This document shows, in pieces, positions 16,182-25,932 of a DNA stretch of 64,000 nucleotides. A model generated the notes under the pieces. The model was not told the origin of the DNA. It worked only from the letters and a program-made list of their open reading frames with translations, and searched no databases. A program made the translations under genes and the position numbers. The DNA is from Phycisphaerae bacterium (lineage in GTDB: Bacteria; Planctomycetota; Phycisphaerae; UBA1845; PWPN01), in the NCBI GenBank assembly GCA_012729395.1, contig JAAYDF010000161.1, forward strand, positions 3,319-67,318. The letters run 5' to 3'. Each line of letters starts with the position of its first letter. Positions within the stretch are counted from its first letter, which is position 1.

Positions 16182-19100
16182 TCATGGAGCCTCGCTACCG
16201 TAATTGTAGTTGGCGAGGGCCATGTCAATGATGTTAATCTCGCCGTCGAGATTGACATCCAGGCGGCAATTGGCTTGTGTAACAGAGCTGCGATTGGCCA
16301 GCTTGATGGCCACCAAGTCGTCAATCAGAACCTTCCCGCTGTTGTTGACGTCTCCGCAAAGACTGCGCACCTGGCAATCCAAGTCTCCGGCCATCGGCAG
16401 GCCGCTTGACTTGCTCTTGAGACTCCCGCCATCCAATGTGAACGTGTACCGCTTTCTATTCGCCAGTGATGAATCGCGTCCATTAAGCTTGACCGTCACT
16501 GCCAGTTTCCTGCTCCCCGCCAACAACGTCGGCACATTGAGCTCACTCGTATAGTCAACTGGGTCTTGCTCGGGAGGAAGCCCATAGCCAACCAAGGTCA
16601 CGGCATCATCCAGTGAGCCATTCACCTCCATCTCCTCATTGAACTCGATCACCAGCGTCTGAATACCGTATCGCCGCGACTCGGAGCAAGGAACCATGTT
16701 GCCGTTGGCCTGCAAGGTGATCCCTGCGTTGCCAGTCGCCCCTCCGTGCGTGCGAACACTTTGCCAGGATACGATGGTCGGCTCCGCCGCCGTGCTGTAT
16801 GTGACGCTGTTGTCCGTGCTGGTTGAGGCGGTATTGAGATTCCCCGCTAAGTCCGTGCATGCACCCACGGGAATGTGGGCCACAATGGTACCCGGGGTCT
16901 CGACCGCCGTGACCCTGATCTGGTATTGTGCGCCTTCGCCGTCAATTTCGTGCGTGATCCCGGCGGCGGTACCTGTGAAGGTCACGTCATCCGGCTCAAA
17001 GTCAACGACCGTCTCAGTGAAGACGACGGTGAAAAGGATTGGAAGGACTGAGGCAGGGTCCGGCTGCCCAACGGCTTGGTTCACTGTCACGTCCGGCGCG
17101 GCACTGTCGTACATGAAGGGACCGTAGACGACAGTGCTATCATTGTTGACCACACTCTCCTCATTCAACGCCCGAACGTGAAGATACCAGTCGCCATCGA
17201 CTGTCGGTGTCACCTCGATGGTCCCAGCACTCCAAGGCGTGCCGGGCGATGCCCAACTCTCGGTGGCACTCCCGGTCCACTTGTACTCCAAGGAAGACGC
17301 CCGCCACACATTGCCGCCGTGGAGGCTCGTTCCGAACCCGGCGGGATTCGCGAAGATAAACTGCTTGCCTTGCCCATACCAGGAGTTTGTCGTTGCATTG
17401 GTGCACCAGACATTGCCCGTGCTGCCATCGTCCGACGTACAGCGTCCCGCCCTGGCCAGAGTGTACCCGGCAGTCGCAGGTGAATCGGTGGTCTCGACGC
17501 CGTCTCCATTACGGGCCCGGGCCACAAAGCCATACTGCGTATTGGGCGTCAGGCCCGACGAGGTCCACGCGTTCTGGTTCTGCAGCCACCCGGAACTGAT
17601 CCCGGTGGTGGTGTTCGCGGTTTGCACTCCGGAGCTGTCGGCGGCCAGATTGGAGAGCGTACCGCTGGGCGCTGCGTCGATGCTCGTCTCGGTCACACCA
17701 TCGAAGACGACACCTGTGGGCGTCTGGATAAGCGTGTACCGGGTGATCAGGGGGGTTGGGGCACTGTCACATGAGCCACTGCCGGCGGCTGCCACGCGGA
17801 AGGAATGGGGCCGATTGGCATCCAAGCCGGTGTAGCCGTCCCAGAATGTGGCGTCAGCGGCAACTGTGGTCTGATATGTCGGTTCGCCGACACCTTGCGC
17901 TGCATACACCTTGAAACCGGTCTCATTGCTGGAGTTGTCCTGCCAGGTCCAGGAGATCGCCGAGGTGGTGACATCGATCCACCCCGGGTTGCTGGGCGCC
18001 GCAGGGGTCGGTTGTACAGTGACAGTGACCGGCGTACCATCGCCGGATGCACAGCACGAACCACAATCGCTGCCAGCTTCCCATCGCGGGTAGTAGGTCG
18101 TGCTTGATGATGGACTGACACTCAGCGGACTACCCGTGCCGACAAGTATGCCTTCTCCGTTTGGTTGGGTGTACCATTTCAACTCGCTGCTGGACCCGGC
18201 AAAACCGCCGCTGGCGGTGATGTTCGCGCTCTGGCCCTGGCAAATCGTCGCGCTGCCACCGGTTGAGGTCGGAGCCGCCGGCTGAATGTACGCATCGTCC
18301 ACTTGGACCCAACTATCGCCCGTCACATACTGCGAGGTGTATCCGCCTAGAAAGAGAGTCACCACCCCGGCTGCGCCGACAGTGACAACCTCCGGCGACG
18401 TTTTTTTAAGCTCCCAGTTCTGGTGCGCTGACTCCGCACCAATGATCCCGCTGGCCCAGGGATTCACCCCGCCCTCGGGATCCACGCGTATCCTGGCACG
18501 CGTTTGGCTGGTCTCATAGATCTTGACCCTCACGGACAGGGTATATCCTCGGCCTGGGATGAGGTTGTACTTCTGATAGACATACGCTTCCTCATTCTGG
18601 CCAAAGGTGATCCGCTGCGAGTTGGGAGAACTGTAGTAGTTGCCGCTCCCCGTACCTGCCGAGTAGGAACCTGTCCCCACATAGTCCAGCTTGGTCCAAG
18701 ATGGCGCAACCCCGTTGACAAACTCGCCGACGTCGAAGCCGCCGTTCTCGACACAGAACCGTGACATGGTGTTGACGGGATCGAGAGCAGTCCGCGCGGA
18801 TGTGCCGCAGTCATTAAAAGCCTCGACATACCGGGCATACAACGTGCCCGGGTTCAAGCCGGTCTCCGTGTACGAGTTGGCGCTAAGCGTTCCGCCTACC
18901 TGCGTTCCGCCGCTGGCGGCGGTCCATAGCCGGTACTGAGCGTCAGCCACGTCCGACCAGTTCCAGGTGATCACGTCCGGGCCAACATCGCTGGCGGCGG
19001 CTTTGTGTGGAGCAGCCGGGATGGCGCCGACCGTATATGGCCCGAGGTTGAGCACCGAGGGGTTGACCTCTTTGGTCTCATCGTTGTTGTATGAGCGAAT

Positions 19101-22100
19101 GTGCAGGTAGTAGCTACCGCTGGTACCGACAGACAACGTTCGGAACGCGCCACTGGTCCACAACGTCGCACCGGCCCAGTTGGTTGGCTCTTCAGCCGCG
19201 GTGTCCCAGAGGTACTCCAACTGCCCGACGTTGGCTGGCCCGTCACCGAAGCTGTTATTGAAGGTAAAGGTAACATCACTACCAGGGTCTACACAGGTGG
19301 CTGCCTGCCCCTGGCCACATTGGATGGTTACATGACCGCTGGTGCCATAGGTCGGCGCGTTGGACAGCGTGTATGTAGCGGCTGATGGGCCATAGCCCCC
19401 GGACGAATCGGCGAATGTGTCGTCGCCGGTATCGCCCAGACGCCAGTAGGCGATGGGAGCATCGGTCATGACCGCACCGACATAATCTGAGGAACTGGGG
19501 GCCCGATAGTGAGCCGCCAGACGAGCTGCGCTGAGTGCGTGATTGTAGATGGCCACCTCGTCCAACCCGCCGCCGAAGGTGAAATTGAGGTTGGACTGCG
19601 TTCTGCCAATACGGTTGACTGTTCGGCTTACGTTGCGAAGGGTCAGGCTGCCGTTCGTTCTGTTGACAGCCTGAACGACGCCGTTGCGATACAGGTTGCA
19701 GAGGCCGCCGGCATCAATGGTCACCGCGAGATGCTGCCACGAACCCGTCGTGACAACCACGCTGGGCGTATAGACAGCGTTTGACGTTGTGTTGTTCCGG
19801 TAGTTGCACTGCAGTATCCCCGGTGTTCCCATGTTGGTGATGAAATCGACGACGTCGGTCGTGCTGCCTGCGGCAACATTCAGGCCCACGAACCCACACC
19901 CCGCTACGCTGGTCGGCTTGGCCCAGAGCTCAATGGTCAATCCACCGGTGAAATCGTCAAAGCTGTTGCTGGCATCAGCGGAGGTGCCGATGTCGATGTA
20001 GTTCTCGGTACTGGCGGTGAGACTGATGGCTCTGTCGCAACCGGAGCCCCAGGGAGTATCGGTCGCCCCCATGGTCACCGTACCGGCCTTGGCGCCGACG
20101 TGCGGCCCGTTGCCTCCCAGGCTCCTGACGCCATCGCCGTTAGTGGAGGCCGCCTTGAACGTGTACTGCGTATTAGCGATCAGGCCGGAGATGTCCTTGA
20201 CCAAAGCCAGCGAGGGTGCCAGGTCGATGCCATTCTGGTTGAACACGACACCGGCTTCTCCCGCCAGATTCACCGGACCGGTAGTGATTACCCGAAGGGT
20301 ATCCATGCCCACATCGCTCAAGGTTGGCGCCGTCGGGGTGGCGTTCAGCGTGTAGACCGGCAAGTTGGCTGTCTTCGTGCTGTCGCCGTCGGCTCCTGTC
20401 GCAGCCACCTGCATGGCATGTTGGGTGTTCACATTCCTTCCGGTGTAGCCACTCCATGAGGTGATGTTGGCTGTAGTGGTGTGGGTGACTCCGGATGGGG
20501 CGGACGCCCCCTGGCCGGCATAGACCTTGAAGCCCGTCTCGTCACTCGAGTTGTCCTTCCAGCCCCAGGTGATGGCGGTAGCGGCCGGGTAAGCCGCCGG
20601 CTCGCTGGGTGCGTCGGGGACGGCCGGCGCTGGAACGGTGTAGGGCCCCAAGTTGAGCACGCTCGTGTTCACCACCTTGGTGGTGTCGTTGTTGTAGGAC
20701 CGAATATGCAGATAGTAGCTCTGTCCGGCCGTGCCGGTCTGCTTGGTCAGGGTAGTGCCGCTTGTCCAGAGCTGCTCGCCGCTCCAACTCGCCGGGTCGC
20801 CCGCAGTCTGGTTCCACAGGCAGCCGAACTGCCCGACGTTGGCCGCTCCCGAACCAAAGGCGTTGTTGAAAGTGAAAACGATATTCTGGCCCGCGGTGCA
20901 GTTCGTCTTCGTCTGCCCCGCATCACAGGAGATGGTGACGTTCCCGCTGGTCCCATACGTTGGAGCGTTCGCCAGAGTGAACCTGGAGGCAACTCCCGAT
21001 TCCGCGCTGGCTACGTTGTCACCGTTTACCCCCCAAGCCGTGTAGCTGTATGAGGTATTGGCGGTCAAGCTGGAGTCCGTCGTGGTCAACGCTTGCACCT
21101 TGGCCAGGTTGGTCAAGCCGTTACGTCTGAAGATGACGCCCGAGCTGCCCGCAGTCAGATTCGTGGGACCGGTCGTGTTGAGGACGATGCTTGCGGTGGT
21201 GATGGTCCCGAACGTTGGGGTGGTGGCACTGGCCTGCAGCGTATACCTGCCTGGTAACGCCAAGCGGGTACTGCTCTCGCAATCCTGGAATGTCGCGAGG
21301 TACCTCTGGTTGCCCGTACCCGCCCCACTGCCGTAAAGTGTGTTTGTCGCCAGGCTGCTCTCGGCGCAAGAGGCTGCCTGGGAAGCGGACGTCCATTTCA
21401 AGGTGCCGCCCGACGAGGCATCATAGGCCATGTAGGTTTCGCCGGTCGCCCCCGCCGCCCTCGTCCACCCCCAGGTGATCTGATTGGTTGAGTTGGCTGT
21501 CGCCACCCCGATGGTCGGCGCCGCAGGCGGAGTGCAAGGATCGGTGTAGTCGATCTCCAGCTTGGGCCGATTCGTCGCGCCGGTATAGTAGTCCGCCGAG
21601 TAGAACAGCCAGATCCTGTCACCCGTGTTTTCGTACCGGTCCCTGATCATGACACCATTGCTGGTGGGCATCCCGCCCGTCGAACCGTTGTAGGACCAGG
21701 TTTTGAGGCCGTTTGAGGCGGCCACACTTGTCCTGGCCACATACGTTGATGCGGGCTGCGAGAACCAGTTGATGGTTCCACCCGTCCAGGCTCCCGTGAG
21801 CCTGTACATGTCTACGTCACCCGACGTGCCGTTTTGGCTGTAGCGATAGAGCGTGAGCCGTACGCTGTTCGACGCATTGTTCGCTGTTGCGCCCGCGGGT
21901 ATCGAGCTCATGTCCCACCGCATGTAGGACCGGATTTGGCGGTTCGGGTCCGTGAGCCCCCTCACTTGCAGGGAGGTTGCACCATACCACCTGGAGCTTC
22001 CGCTATAGTTCTGGCACCATCCATCGTGTGCCGGCGGCTGACCAGAGAATGTCGGGTCAATCGTCACGGGATAGGATCGACCGCCGGACTCGAGCCAACC

Positions 22101-23069
22101 GGCATCAGCCTCGACCCTCAGGAAAACCCGTCCCCCTACCTTGACAAGCTGTTTGCAGACCGCCTCGGACCGTTCGCCCGACATGTCATACATGAACGGC
22201 TTGGGGATAAACCACACCCGCCTGCCGGTACGGCTGTCGATGAACTCCAACGTGTCGTGGGCTCCCTGCTCCACACGGACGTTCTCCACGTACACAGGGA
22301 ACAGCCACTCGGCCCGGTCCGGCTGGCGATGAAGGATGATCTCCTCTCGCAGCTCGTCCGCGTTGGCAGTGAATCGCAGGTCCGCACCGGGCAGAATATC
22401 GTGGTAGACGATCCGATTCTCGTGGACGGTGACCGGACCTGGACGGCCCGCTTCGACGCCGAAACAGGCCGACCAGGAATCACCCGCAACGAACCGGGCC
22501 AACACCGGGCTCGATCCGTCCGCGGCAAAGTACGTCTTGTAGGTATTGCGCGTCATGCCGTACACGAATAGTGAGCCCGAAGTGGAGAATGGAGAACGAG
22601 GCGCCGCTTCCCGAAAACCCCACGACCGTTCTCCCTGCCCAATCAATGCTCGCAATCCAACCGATGCGGCCACACCGTGGCTCTGGAGCAATTCCGCTGG
22701 GGCGAGCATCGCCCAGGACACAGCGGGTAGCGCACTCGTCGGAAGCGGAGCCTCTGCCCACGACCGCTCAGCTTCCGTCAGCGGACGGATGGCTACATCG
22801 ATCTCTTCCCACCGTCCGGTTCGCCGATCTTGATAGTGGACGCTGCCGGCCACAGACGACCACGTGCGCGTCCCGTCCGAGTTGGCGTATGTCTTGCTCG
22901 CCTGCGTGCGGTAATCGAGTAACTCCACCGCACCAGGCCTTGCCGTCAAGGCTTCTGCCGGCCTGCCGGAATCAGCCAAAGCCTGGGCAGTGGCCAAGAA
23001 GGCAAGCAACACCAGCAGAGCAGCGGCGTCCCACACTCGCGGCAACGTAGACGAGCGGCGACTCGGCAT
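16182..23069 (-). CDS. Giant secreted multidomain surface protein (DNRLRE-like, Fn3-like, LamG, CBM-like jelly roll, C-terminal dockerin-like repeats)
   Basis: Track ORF 16182..23153. The signal peptide starts at M29 (ATG 23069): MPSRRSSTLPRVWDAAALLVLLAFLATAQALA. DNRLRE-like segment ..RSYMRWDMSSIPAGA..VDMYRLTGAWTGGTINWFSQP... Fn3-like ..ITWGWKDNSSDETGFKVYA.. and ..ISWTWQDNSSNETGFKVYA... LamG-like ..GLTIELWAKP..WQHLAVT..LDEVAIYNHALS.. (about 19500..19970). Dockerin-like CGDVNNSGKVLIDDL..DVNLDGEINIIDM (about 16185..16365). Confidence 0.9.
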   Translation of the reverse strand: MPSRRSSTLPRVWDAAALLVLLAFLATAQALADSGRPAEALTARPGAVELLDYRTQASKTYANSDGTRTWSSVAGSVHYQDRRTGRWEEIDVAIRPLTEAERSWAEAPLPTSALPAVSWAMLAPAELLQSHGVAASVGLRALIGQGERSWGFREAAPRSPFSTSGSLFVYGMTRNTYKTYFAADGSSPVLARFVAGDSWSACFGVEAGRPGPVTVHENRIVYHDILPGADLRFTANADELREEIILHRQPDRAEWLFPVYVENVRVEQGAHDTLEFIDSRTGRRVWFIPKPFMYDMSGERSEAVCKQLVKVGGRVFLRVEADAGWLESGGRSYPVTIDPTFSGQPPAHDGWCQNYSGSSRWYGATSLQVRGLTDPNRQIRSYMRWDMSSIPAGATANNASNSVRLTLYRYSQNGTSGDVDMYRLTGAWTGGTINWFSQPASTYVARTSVAASNGLKTWSYNGSTGGMPTSNGVMIRDRYENTGDRIWLFYSADYYTGATNRPKLEIDYTDPCTPPAAPTIGVATANSTNQITWGWTRAAGATGETYMAYDASSGGTLKWTSASQAASCAESSLATNTLYGSGAGTGNQRYLATFQDCESSTRLALPGRYTLQASATTPTFGTITTASIVLNTTGPTNLTAGSSGVIFRRNGLTNLAKVQALTTTDSSLTANTSYSYTAWGVNGDNVASAESGVASRFTLANAPTYGTSGNVTISCDAGQTKTNCTAGQNIVFTFNNAFGSGAANVGQFGCLWNQTAGDPASWSGEQLWTSGTTLTKQTGTAGQSYYLHIRSYNNDTTKVVNTSVLNLGPYTVPAPAVPDAPSEPAAYPAATAITWGWKDNSSDETGFKVYAGQGASAPSGVTHTTTANITSWSGYTGRNVNTQHAMQVAATGADGDSTKTANLPVYTLNATPTAPTLSDVGMDTLRVITTGPVNLAGEAGVVFNQNGIDLAPSLALVKDISGLIANTQYTFKAASTNGDGVRSLGGNGPHVGAKAGTVTMGATDTPWGSGCDRAISLTASTENYIDIGTSADASNSFDDFTGGLTIELWAKPTSVAGCGFVGLNVAAGSTTDVVDFITNMGTPGILQCNYRNNTTSNAVYTPSVVVTTGSWQHLAVTIDAGGLCNLYRNGVVQAVNRTNGSLTLRNVSRTVNRIGRTQSNLNFTFGGGLDEVAIYNHALSAARLAAHYRAPSSSDYVGAVMTDAPIAYWRLGDTGDDTFADSSGGYGPSAATYTLSNAPTYGTSGHVTIQCGQGQAATCVDPGSDVTFTFNNSFGDGPANVGQLEYLWDTAAEEPTNWAGATLWTSGAFRTLSVGTSGSYYLHIRSYNNDETKEVNPSVLNLGPYTVGAIPAAPHKAAASDVGPDVITWNWSDVADAQYRLWTAASGGTQVGGTLSANSYTETGLNPGTLYARYVEAFNDCGTSARTALDPVNTMSRFCVENGGFDVGEFVNGVAPSWTKLDYVGTGSYSAGTGSGNYYSSPNSQRITFGQNEEAYVYQKYNLIPGRGYTLSVRVKIYETSQTRARIRVDPEGGVNPWASGIIGAESAHQNWELKKTSPEVVTVGAAGVVTLFLGGYTSQYVTGDSWVQVDDAYIQPAAPTSTGGSATICQGQSANITASGGFAGSSSELKWYTQPNGEGILVGTGSPLSVSPSSSTTYYPRWEAGSDCGSCCASGDGTPVTVTVQPTPAAPSNPGWIDVTTSAISWTWQDNSSNETGFKVYAAQGVGEPTYQTTVAADATFWDGYTGLDANRPHSFRVAAAGSGSCDSAPTPLITRYTLIQTPTGVVFDGVTETSIDAAPSGTLSNLAADSSGVQTANTTTGISSGWLQNQNAWTSSGLTPNTQYGFVARARNGDGVETTDSPATAGYTLARAGRCTSDDGSTGNVWCTNATTNSWYGQGKQFIFANPAGFGTSLHGGNVWRASSLEYKWTGSATESWASPGTPWSAGTIEVTPTVDGDWYLHVRALNEESVVNNDSTVVYGPFMYDSAAPDVTVNQAVGQPDPASVLPILFTVVFTETVVDFEPDDVTFTGTAAGITHEIDGEGAQYQIRVTAVETPGTIVAHIPVGACTDLAGNLNTASTSTDNSVTYSTAAEPTIVSWQSVRTHGGATGNAGITLQANGNMVPCSESRRYGIQTLVIEFNEEMEVNGSLDDAVTLVGYGLPPEQDPVDYTSELNVPTLLAGSRKLAVTVKLNGRDSSLANRKRYTFTLDGGSLKSKSSGLPMAGDLDCQVRSLCGDVNNSGKVLIDDLVAIKLANRSSVTQANCRLDVNLDGEINIIDMALANYNYGSEAP

Positions 23070-23681
23070 CGCACAACTCCTTGAAATGCGGTGGGGAACC
23101 ACACCGGCCGCGACTTGGCGGACACGACCCGCAGGAGCTCCCTGCCATGGCACGCACAGACACCCTTCGAACGAATCCGTCTGCGCAGCAGATCAAAATG
23201 AAGTGCTTGTCACCGGTCCCATCAAGACCAGCCACCAGTTCCCCAACCTCAAACCTCGCCCTTACAACCCTCGATTCAATTATCGCACTGAGGCTCGCCA
23301 TTGTCAACGGTTTTGTTCTTCTCTTGTTGACGCAGAGTGTGGAACGCAGCACACCTCGCGAAGCATGCGTCGCTCCGTCCACGCAAGCCGGGTTCAGTTG
23401 AGAAAGAACTCGGTCAGTCTTGCCTTGATCGCCTCCGCATGTGGGAATCGGAAACCCTCAGAGGTCCCCAGTGTGTCATTTATGATTTCACTCCATCTCT
23501 GACAATGACTTACAATCACCGCATCGCCCTTGGCCTCTCCTGGATGAGCAGCATTCGGGTTGTTCTGTTGACTGGCGTACGTACCAGACGTACCGTCCTG
23601 CAGTCGGAGCCAAGGTGGAGCCGGCCGTGTGGCGTGATTCGGTCCGCCGCGGACAAAGGGGCACCAAGCTTTCCACAACAC

Positions 23682-25847
23682 ATGAACAAGCACGGATCCC
23701 TGGACAACGCGCGCAAGCTGGGCACCTTTGGCGGGGTGTTCGTGCCGAGCTTCCTCACGATCCTCGGCGTGATCATGTTCCTGCGTGCGGGGTGGGTCGT
23801 AGCGAATGCCGGGCTGCTCGGTGCACTCGCCATCCTGGTCATCTCCGCGTCTATCACCTTCTTGACTTCTCTGTCCCTTTCGGCCGTCGCGACCAACACG
23901 CGGGTAGGCGCGGGCGGAGCTTACTTCCTGGTCTCCCGCAGCCTCGGTCTGGAGATCGGCGGAAGCGTCGGTGTGCCGCTGTTTTTCGCCCAGGCGATCA
24001 GCGTAGCTTTTTACATTGTAGGTTTCACTGAATCTCTCCAATTCATCGGCATCGTTTCCGACCCCCGATGGGTAGCCTGTGGCGTGCTGGCGTTGTTCTT
24101 CGTGGTCGCGTGGTTTGGCGCAGGCATCATCGTCAAGGCCCAGTACCTGATCCTCGTCGTACTCCTGGCTTCGTTGGCCTCGTTCTTTGCGGGATACAGT
24201 CCTGTCCCCGACCTCAGACAGAACATGGCGTCGGCATATACCGGAGAACATGGTTTCTGGACGGTCCTGGCGATCTTCTTTCCGGCAGTAACCGGAATCA
24301 TGTCAGGCTTGAGCATGTCGGGTGATCTGCGAAACCCGGCGTGCAGCATCCCGCGTGGCACGCTGGGTGCGGTCGTTACTACCTTCTTCATCTATGCCGC
24401 ACACCTGACGTGGCTGGCGATCAACGCCGAACGGGCGGAACTCATGGAGAACGCGCTGGTGATGCAGCGCATCGCTCGAGTCGGCCCCCTGGTCATCGCG
24501 GGCCTGTGGGCAGCAAGCTTGTCCTCTGCGCTGGCGAGCCTGGCGGCGGCTCCGCGGACATTGCAGGCACTGGGGACTGATGGCGTCGCCCCGCGGATCC
24601 TTGGACGCGGGTTCGGCCCCAACCGGGAGCCCCGCTCGGCCCTGGTTGTGGCTACGTTGGTAGCGGCGATCTGCATCTTCCTCGGGGATCTGAACGTGAT
24701 CGCGCCGGTGATCACCATGTTCTTCCTGGCGACCTATGGGACGCTCAACCTGGTGGCAGGCCTGGAGCGTCTGGTCTCCAACCCGAGCTATCGCCCCTCA
24801 TTCAATGTGCACTGGTCGCTGTCACTGGCTGGATGCCTGGGCTGCCTGGCGGTCATGCTGCTTATCAATGCGATAGCCACCGTGGTTGCGGCGGTCATCA
24901 TCGCGGGCGTGTTTGCCGTTCTGACCCGCCGTCGGTTGCAGGCCACCTGGGGTGACATGCGCAGCGGCCTGTGGTTCGCTCTGACACGCTGGGCGCTGCT
25001 GCGCTTCGACCGATCTCGTCGCGACCATCGCAACTGGCGACCGGTCATTCTGGTCCTCGCGGGCAACCCCAAGGCCCGGCTCAGACTGGTGGAATTTGCC
25101 CAGGACATCGAAGCCCGCAAGGGGCTGTTGTTTCTCGCTCAGGTGGTCACCGGCGATTGGGACAAGCTGCTTTCCAGGCATGACAGCTTCCAAAAGCCGC
25201 TGGAGAGTTACATCCAGGAGCAGAATCTCTCCGCGGTAGCCAAGACGGTCATGGCGGATGACTTTGAGCACGGCGTCCTCACCTTGCTGCAGGTCGGCGG
25301 CATCGGGCAGTTTGAGCCCAATACGGTGCTCGTCGGCTGGAGCGAAGGCACACTCAAAGAAGCGGGCTTCTCCCAGGCAGTCCGTCGCATCCTCCAACTC
25401 CAGAAGAATCTGCTTGTTTTCCGCGAGGCCCAGGAGAACGCGGAGCTCGAGCCGGTCATCGACATCTGGTGGTACGCGAAAGACAACGGGTCGCTGATGC
25501 TGACGCTGGCCCATCTGCTCAAGGCGGGCAGCCTGCGCTGGCGGGAACACCGGATCCGCGTTCGCCGGATCATCACCGACCCGGCGGGCGTGGACAAAGC
25601 GGAGGCGGGTACACGCGAGATGATCGCGGGCTTCCGCGTGCGAGCGGATATCGACATACTTGTCTCCCAGGAACCCGCTCTTCAGGTCATCGCTCGCGAG
25701 TCGCGATTGTCGGCGGTCGCCTTCGTGGGTGTGGCCATAGAAGCAGTCACGGCGGATACACCCCTGCTGGACCGCTACGCCCCCCTGGTCAGTGAGCTGC
25801 AGGGCAACGTGGTAATTACCAAGAGCTGGCACGATCTGAACCTGTGA
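23682..25847 (+). CDS. APC-superfamily cation:chloride cotransporter-like permease (SLC12-like) with a large cytoplasmic C-terminal domain
   Basis: Track ORF 23337..25847. I start at ATG 23682 (MNKHGSLDNARKLGTFGGVFVPSFLTILGVIMFLRAGWVV.., the canonical CCC/amino-acid-permease N-terminus). About 12 TM segments, then a soluble domain of about 300 aa. Confidence 0.8.
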   Translation: MNKHGSLDNARKLGTFGGVFVPSFLTILGVIMFLRAGWVVANAGLLGALAILVISASITFLTSLSLSAVATNTRVGAGGAYFLVSRSLGLEIGGSVGVPLFFAQAISVAFYIVGFTESLQFIGIVSDPRWVACGVLALFFVVAWFGAGIIVKAQYLILVVLLASLASFFAGYSPVPDLRQNMASAYTGEHGFWTVLAIFFPAVTGIMSGLSMSGDLRNPACSIPRGTLGAVVTTFFIYAAHLTWLAINAERAELMENALVMQRIARVGPLVIAGLWAASLSSALASLAAAPRTLQALGTDGVAPRILGRGFGPNREPRSALVVATLVAAICIFLGDLNVIAPVITMFFLATYGTLNLVAGLERLVSNPSYRPSFNVHWSLSLAGCLGCLAVMLLINAIATVVAAVIIAGVFAVLTRRRLQATWGDMRSGLWFALTRWALLRFDRSRRDHRNWRPVILVLAGNPKARLRLVEFAQDIEARKGLLFLAQVVTGDWDKLLSRHDSFQKPLESYIQEQNLSAVAKTVMADDFEHGVLTLLQVGGIGQFEPNTVLVGWSEGTLKEAGFSQAVRRILQLQKNLLVFREAQENAELEPVIDIWWYAKDNGSLMLTLAHLLKAGSLRWREHRIRVRRIITDPAGVDKAEAGTREMIAGFRVRADIDILVSQEPALQVIARESRLSAVAFVGVAIEAVTADTPLLDRYAPLVSELQGNVVITKSWHDLNL

Positions 25848-25932
25848 ATCCGGGCGCGATTCCATGCATTGGTCGCGATTTGCAGCGTCCCATGCACTGC
25901 CTGGTGCCGTTGATGGACACGGAATGCCGCCG

